DNA of 46,462 bases, the filler included, from Catajapyx aquilonaris (lineage: Eukaryota), in assembly GCA_000934665.2 (NCBI GenBank). It is 2 parts of 2 records of this genome, joined end to end, with 100 filler letters (N's around TTAATTAATTAA, not from the genome) between each part and the next. Parts side by side here need not be neighbours in the genome. Positions count along the whole stretch, not along the records: positions 23,299 to 46,462 come from KZ539405.1; 1 more part is not named here. One strand, given 5' to 3'. Position 1 is the first letter of the stretch. The number at the start of each line of letters is the position of its first letter. Shown here one piece after another: positions 42,367 to 46,462 of this stretch. The notes under the pieces were generated by a model that saw only the letters and a program-made list of their open reading frames with translations, made no database searches and was not told where the DNA came from. The position numbers and the translations under genes are program-made.

Positions 42367-43867
42367 TATTCTTGGTAAGAGTAATTGGGCTCCTTCCCAT
42401 TCAAACCCAGCAATTAAGACGCAAAAAACCTTTTGCTTGAATTTTGGTCACCATAAAGGAAGGAATTCAAGTCATCTCTGGAAAGGTGCCATTAGATTCC
42501 ATTAAATTATTAACAGGTGTTATTTCTAAAGATTACTTTAAAAACCAGAGTTTCCATGCATTGTGATGGTGTTTTAAAAGCAACTAGAAAGTGAGGCTGG
42601 AAGGAATGTGATGGTACCAATAAAGCTTAAAATTTAAGTGTTCATGCAAATGAATTTAAAGTTTTATTCTGCCCAAAACACTTTGTTTTTTGAACCAGAA
42701 TGTTTAATTGACGCTAGTTCTGAATCACACATTTTAATTAGATGCATTTAGATAAAATCAAAATGAAGCAATTTTACCAGATGTGCATCATACAGTAAGT
42801 ACAACTTGTTAGCTTAATAATATCTCATTATTCTACAAATTTCCTAGGTTGGACTTACAGAAGTGTACAAGCGCCATGGCGAAGGCTACTTCTTGGACCC
42901 CATCCCCTTCAACCAACTGGTGCGAATTCCTTTCGTAAGAAACTTAGTGACACAGGACAACCGATTTGTCATAATGGTGAGTCTGGCGATGGTCACAGCT
43001 GATAATATTCAGAAATGTGGATTTGCAAAGGTCTGAAATATTTGGTGTGACTAACAAGCTGGGTTTAAAAGAAGTTTATTCAGTGGTGGCACAGGCTAGT
43101 GCAGTGGTTTCCAACCTGGGGGTCACGGTCAGGGTCGCAGGGGGTTGCGAGCCTTTGTTCAACTTTTTTTTCCCCAATTTCTGTATAAAATTGGACAATT
43201 TTTGCGGCTGTACAGAGTGTATATTTTATGGAAATGGGTCAGTAGTAGAAGGGGCTGGGGGGGGGGGGGNGGGGGGGGGGGTGTCGCACATTTATGAAAA
43301 CATGTTTAGGGGGGTAAAAGGTTGGAAACCACTGTGGAGAACTTCGAGTTAGGGAAGTTTATTTCCTATTATTTTACATTGTGACCAACCAAGCTCTTAA
43401 TTTTCTTCGCCTTATAGAGAACTTCGACTTAGGGAAGTTCGACTTATAGAGTTTCACTGTATTTTGATTAACTGCATCAAAATGGGTGCATTTGTTAATT
43501 TTTCTCCCCCCATATTGTGAATCTGCAAGGTGTCCAGAGAGCTTATCCCTGTGCTGTGTTTCTTTCAAATAGCGCATGTTTCATAATTTTGATCACAAGC
43601 CATTAGATTTTTGTATACTGGTACAGTACATGAGAAGCTGCCTCAAGTGTCTTTCTGAATGCTAATTTAGGCCTACCGCCTCTAGTCCACCCTGTTCCTG
43701 CTTTAGTACAAGACTAGTGCTGACCAGGCTTTGTGCAGGGATTAACCAATATTTATGAATGACACTGACAAAGTATGCAACCTAAGTGACACTTTTTTTT
43801 TTCCTTCAAAAATTAGGACTGGAAGACTGCTCTACAGGAACTACGAAATGGGTGTCCTCCAGTATGA
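23971..43867 (+). CDS. SPEF2: Sperm flagellar protein 2 homolog, 23 phase-consistent exons (~1760 aa); 5' end/CH domain unresolved
   Basis: Motifs matching remembered SPEF2 sequence: EKRIVGKLMQVRREKQIIIENRLERERQFARLREEEFHAAMDRE; EWLELF; GDFPLTLRQVVNLEQTLT (adenylate-kinase-like); PQPGDPGFIYVD; LRAPDKKQDLLNTFQEEFANIPADMRGDSEVKAEWHMRI; VNWREFII; VDYETMLLHFC. All introns GT-AG and in phase, total 5286 nt. Confidence 0.92.
24198..24357 (+). CDS. SPEF2: SPEF2 exon
   Basis: gccag|AACG...GATGAG|gtttgt. Confidence 0.75.
24502..24790 (+). mobile_element. Degenerate tRNA-derived SINE
   Basis: A-box-like TAGTGGTTAGG, decayed B-box, LINE-like tail GCTGATGACC...AACCAAC. Confidence 0.5.
25173..25529 (+). 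CDS. SPEF2: SPEF2 exon (coiled coil)
   Basis: atccag|GGG...GAAAGA|gtaagt. Confidence 0.92.
25643..25830 (+). CDS. SPEF2: SPEF2 exon
   Basis: aacag|ACCATG...GGACG|gttagt. Confidence 0.9.
25897..26479 (+). mobile_element. Tc1/pogo-type MITE family A, copy 1
   Basis: CAGTAAAACTTCTATAAGTCGAA...TTCGACTTATAGAAGTTTTATTG; internal TTCGAGTTA repeats; sibling copies at 34034 and 43336. Confidence 0.88.
26863..27040 (+). CDS. SPEF2: SPEF2 exon
   Basis: tacag|ACCAGCT...TACATG|gtaaga. Confidence 0.9.
28246..28483 (+). CDS. SPEF2: SPEF2 exon (start of adenylate-kinase-like region)
   Basis: cctaag|GTGGAC...AGCG|gtaact. Confidence 0.85.
29850..30200 (+). CDS. SPEF2: SPEF2 exon (Glu-rich insert)
   Basis: cttag|ACTTT...AAGG|gtaaat. 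Confidence 0.88.
30895..31120 (+). CDS. SPEF2: SPEF2 exon
   Basis: ttccag|AGGTA...CTGTG|gtcagt; LSPMAYLGKKCKDSLTMGGSVDDDVLAELV. Confidence 0.85.
31399..31626. mobile_element. Foldback MITE
   Basis: Perfect 20-bp TIR TAGTTTAATATAAAAGTCTC plus imperfect inner arms. Confidence 0.8.
31712..32260 (-). mobile_element. Internally deleted mariner element with transposase remnant
   Basis: TA|TGAGGGGTGTCC...GGACACCCCTCA|TA, ~90 bp TIRs; minus strand TKMVFMVWKNPSTLQPKNVKTRSSVKKLM resembles the mariner catalytic-domain segment. Confidence 0.85.
32369..32715. mobile_element. Tigger/pogo-type MITE
   Basis: CATTGGAACCCCGATT...AATCGGGGTTCTACTG with TTATCCG repeats. Confidence 0.75.
32852..33063 (+). CDS. 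SPEF2: SPEF2 exon (DFPLT)
   Basis: taccag|CAAC...GATG|gtcagt. Confidence 0.85.
33566..33754. repeat. Foldback hairpin, ~82 bp arms
   Basis: TTTTACTGCAGTGCATGGGAA...TGTGGCCTTGAC / GTCAAGGCCACA...TTCCCATGCACTGCAGTAAAA. Confidence 0.85.
33808..33974 (+). CDS. SPEF2: SPEF2 exon
   Basis: ctgcag|ATCCA...AAGGGG|gtaagt. Confidence 0.85.
34034..35041 (-). mobile_element. MITE family A, copy 2 (inverted), interrupted by a nested MITE
   Basis: Reverse complement of 25897-26479 on either side of 34499-34936. Confidence 0.88.
34499..34936. mobile_element. Nested Tc1/mariner-type MITE
   Basis: TA|CAGGGTGTATCAAAACTC...GAGTTTTGATACACCCTG|TA, ~115 bp imperfect TIRs. Confidence 0.9.
35318..35523 (+). CDS. 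SPEF2: SPEF2 exon
   Basis: ttcag|AAAAGC...GGATG|gtaggt. Confidence 0.8.
35812..35925 (+). CDS. SPEF2: SPEF2 exon
   Basis: ttgaaag|GTTC...CGGAG|gtctgg; needed to avoid a TG|A stop on direct splicing to 36254. Confidence 0.7.
36254..36386 (+). CDS. SPEF2: SPEF2 exon
   Basis: gacag|ACCA...GTTCAG|gtttgt. Confidence 0.85.
36675..37067 (+). CDS. SPEF2: SPEF2 exon
   Basis: ttctag|CTCATG...CTGCAG|gttact. Confidence 0.93.
37545..38121 (+). CDS. SPEF2: SPEF2 exon
   Basis: tttcag|GTGGAG...GAAA|gtatgt. Confidence 0.9.
38392..38530 (+). CDS. SPEF2: SPEF2 exon
   Basis: tttcag|CTGAC...AATTG|gtgagg. Confidence 0.88.
38690..39114 (+). CDS. SPEF2: SPEF2 exon
   Basis: caacag|TGTT...ATTG|gtttgt. Confidence 0.9.
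39428..40097. mobile_element. CpG-rich TIR element in a SPEF2 intron
   Basis: Perfect 17-bp inverted termini AATGGGGAAGTAGCCTT / AAGGCTACTTCCCCATT; CpG-rich interior; no clear TSD. Confidence 0.65.
40187..40510 (+). CDS. SPEF2: SPEF2 exon (C-terminal EF-hand-like region)
   Basis: attcag|CCAAC...GCAG|gtaaat. Confidence 0.9.
40911..41227 (+). CDS. SPEF2: SPEF2 exon
   Basis: gagcag|GAGTG...AGTAGG|gtaagc. Confidence 0.82.
41952..42019 (+). CDS. SPEF2: SPEF2 exon
   Basis: tttcag|GATTCA...TGCAG|gtcagt. Confidence 0.75.
42102..42273 (+). CDS. SPEF2: SPEF2 exon
   Basis: aatcag|GTGT...ATCAAG|gttctc. Confidence 0.78.
42288..42365. repeat. (ATT)n microsatellite
   Basis: direct reading; begins ~15 nt after a donor site. 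Confidence 0.95.
42848..42976 (+). CDS. SPEF2: SPEF2 exon
   Basis: tcctag|GTTGGA...ATAATG|gtgagt. Confidence 0.82.
43102..43334. mobile_element. hAT-type MITE
   Basis: CAGTGGTTTCCAACCT...AGGTTGGAAACCACTG perfect TIR; TSD not preserved. Confidence 0.8.
43336..43459 (+). mobile_element. MITE family A, truncated copy 3
   Basis: Matches the right end of 25897-26479, ends CACTG|TA. Confidence 0.8.
43817..43867 (+). CDS. SPEF2: SPEF2 last coding exon (DWKTALQELRNGCPPV*)
   Basis: aattag|GACTGG...TGA; AATAAA at 43926-43931. Confidence 0.75.
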   Translation, partial: DWKTALQELRNGCPPV

Positions 43868-43925
43868 TAGGAACTGCATGCTGTCCTCCTCTGGTGCTTA
43901 AAAATTATGGTCTGCATAAAAACTT

Positions 43926-43931
43926 AATAAA
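43926..43931 (+). terminator. Poly(A) signal of SPEF2
   Basis: AATAAA about 60 nt after the stop. Confidence 0.6.
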
Positions 43932-43976
43932 AAAGTAATTATTTTGCTCTGCCACATAAATAATGCACGAACAGTT

Positions 43977-45100
43977 TCACAGTTCAGTTGTTGGTATATC
44001 GCCTGTTCCATTGTCTCTCTTTGCAAACAGGTCTTCATAATTAATGTTGTCATCTTCATGCCACTGCTTCATCTCTCCTGGAGTAATGTTACTTGGCTGG
44101 GTTGGGCTCTCTTGCTTCACATGTGGCTCCTTCCGCCACACATAAGGTTTCCATAACCGGCGGAATTTGTAGGCCATGAATCCGGAACCACTTACCACCA
44201 CAATGACGAGGACGGCTATTACAGCATAAAACCATGGTTGCTTTGTCACAGCTGTTGCACTGGATTTTGTAGTTGTGGCAGGACTACCTGGAATATATTT
44301 GGAGCGAACTGTTATTGTGGTGAATAAATTGTAAAATGGCAGTGAAACCTGTCTCTAGCAGAGTTGTTGAGTTTCACACAAAAAAAAAGTACTGAACAAA
44401 GCAATGGAAATGCGTGAAACTTCTGAACATGCAAAAGTTTCAAAACAAGTTTCTGTTTAATACGAGGTCCATGCTAGGCAGATTTCACTTTATTTTTAAA
44501 AATGGTGGGTTAGTGTTGCCTGACAAATGCATTGATGTGTTTGATGCAGGGATGGAAAAAGAACCGAAGAAGCGGTTCTTTTTCCATCCCTGGTTTGATG
44601 GTATAATTTTGCTTGGAGGCGAAGGTTTTTTTAAAAAGGCTTCACTTTATGGGTGTCATGTAGGGGTGACAAAATCATAGAGCTGGTGTATCTTACGGCT
44701 TGTCGGGCTAGATGAAGTAACTGCACTGGTTTGATGACTTCCTGTGGTTGGACTTGCATGATGCTGTGTGGTTACATGGGAGGTTATTAGTGGCGAACTT
44801 CTTCGTGTGTTAGGATATGTGGATGACACAGTGGATGATGAAGCAGACAACTGAAAACACAACTAGGTGAGGAGTGTTCCACTGATATAATATGCAAACA
44901 TTTCATTATGTATAGCCAATGATATAGCCAATGGTACTTCTAAACCCTTTCAGATTCACCTTGATACTGCCACTTCCAATCTCAGTTTTGAACAGCTTCT
45001 CATTTTTGAAACAATTTCTGATGCATCTAGTGTCACAACCACAAATTGCAGAGCACAGGACACCAAGGAGTACAAGGATGTTAAATTTCCTCTTATCCAT
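43977..45100 (-). CDS. Uncharacterised type I membrane protein, mucin/sialomucin-like (exons 44960-45100, 44697-44850, 43977-44287; 201 aa)
   Basis: MDKRKFNILVLLGVLCSAICG signal peptide; S/T-rich exon LSASSSTVSSTYPNT...; TM WFYAVIAVLVIVVVSGSGFMAY then KFRR; tail ...NINYEDLF...PTTEL*. Two GT-AG introns in phase (0 and 1). Confidence 0.85.
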
Positions 45101-45837
45101 TTCCACGTGATGGGGAGGTGAACGGTGCCAAGTAGTTGAACTTCATGTTAGAATAGTAGTCTTACCATAACTGGCCCTAATCAATGCCACTCATTTATCT
45201 TTGGCAACCTGAGATAAAAAGCAGATAACACGTTTGCATGACACCTTGTTTACAGAACTTGCAGCTGATTTCACCTGCACGTGATTGCAGGAGTTCCACA
45301 TATTAATTCCCAATATTAGCACGATCATAATCAGGAAGTAACTAATATCACTAATAACCTGTTCAGATTTTGAGAAATTATCACACTTTTTGGTGACAAT
45401 CAACAATATTTAGTATAGACCACGGTTGACATCTCCACTGATCATTGGATATGTGTTGGATGTAACCATTTTCAATTGCAAGCCTCAAAATAATATTACA
45501 GTTAAAAATACAGTACAGTGGAATGAGGATGTGTCAAAGTTTTTTAGGTGTTAGTATCAAATTATTCGTCATTTGCATCCTTTATCTGTGGGCATGATAA
45601 TGATTCATTGCCAGATCGTTATTGTAAAAGACCTGACACCATTGTGTGTGCCAGAAATTTTACCAGCGACTCCTTATGTTAGCATTGACCTAATTCACAT
45701 AGGGTGGTCAGTAACTCCCGGTAACTCCCTTTGCTGACTTACCCTTTAAGTTTATAGGGAAAATGTTGGGATGAATGGTGACAATGCAGTACCGTATAGT
45801 ATGAGTAACCATAATTATATATGGGATCATACAGTTT

Positions 45838-46109
45838 CCCCCCGATGGTATCTCCACCTTATCGTGGTGGTGGGGTTTGTGTTTCTCCCATGACCCCAAG
45901 AGCTATGCCGGTGGCAGCTTCGTCTACTGGTAGGGCCACCCAAGCCTGACAGGCCTTTGGGATACGAGACAGACTAAGAGGGATACCAGTCTTTCCTCTC
46001 TTCTTTTTCCTCTTCATTTCCCTCTCCATCTGTCCCACCTTTGCATTTTCTATAGCCAGATAGCCACAGTTGCTTTGGCTTCTTCCTAATAAACCAAACC
46101 AAACCAACC
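45838..46109 (+). mobile_element. RTE-derived short non-autonomous retroposon
   Basis: CCACCTTATCGTGGTGG...ATGACCCCAAGAGCTATGCCGG...GGTAGGGCCACCCAAGCC...GACAGG resembles remembered RTE-clade (BovB/Rex3-like) 5' ends; AATAAA(CCAAA)n tail. Confidence 0.7.
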
Positions 46110-46220
46110 CACATGTGCTTCAGAAAAGGTCTGTATTGAGTACAAGGTGCTCTCCCTAGTTTTTTGCTGTGTGGCATAAGTACAAGTTGCAATTACAATT
46201 AATATTAGATTATATGATAT

Positions 46221-46360
46221 TAATAATAATCTGGGTTGGGCTTGACCTCCCTACGAGGCACGTAGCTGGACCTTTATTATTACTTGTACATACATCAATA
46301 CGAGTATACCATATATTGGAACCTTCTTACAAAAGGTCCGGGTCCACAGGCAGGATGCAT
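46221..46360 (-). mobile_element. Diverged non-LTR retroelement 3' end related to 310-620
   Basis: Shared GGACCTTTATTAT, GGAACCTT, CCGGG and GCAGGATG blocks with a short (AAT)n. Confidence 0.45.
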
Positions 46361-46462
46361 TAGATTAATAGCCCAGGCATATTAGGTGAAAATGAAGGCG
46401 AACCCTAAAAAAAATAATGTAAAGCTGAAAATTTGCACAGACGTTCTATGGTATGTGGTGAA

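Overview
Eukaryotic, intron-containing genomic DNA, most likely an insect (short-to-moderate introns, dense MITE content, draft-assembly gaps). Four protein-coding loci can be reconstructed by hand from splice sites and reading-frame phase. (1) The last five exons of a G-protein alpha-q gene (+, 3934-9555), followed by a probable ~5.3 kb 3'UTR without recognisable transposons. (2) A tiny spliced gene on the minus strand (21583 down to 18635/19008), missed by the ORF track, encoding essentially only an ARID4/hat-trick-like ARID domain (121 or 170 aa depending on a GC-AG intron versus intronic polyadenylation). (3) A 23-exon SPEF2 (sperm flagellar protein 2) homolog (+, 23971-43867, ~1760 aa, 5' end unresolved), head-to-head with the ARID gene across a CRE-rich CpG promoter. 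(4) A convergent 201-aa orphan type I membrane protein (-, 45100-43977) with signal peptide, mucin-like stalk, ITIM-like INYEDL motif and PDZ-type TTEL end. Introns and intergenic DNA hold many Tc1/mariner-, hAT- and other TIR-type MITEs, foldback hairpins, SINE/LINE remnants (one with a possible HDV-like ribozyme remnant) and (ATT)n microsatellites. Best novelty candidates are the ARID-only microprotein and the orphan ITIM/PDZ sialomucin-like receptor. All family assignments rest on remembered sequences, not database searches.
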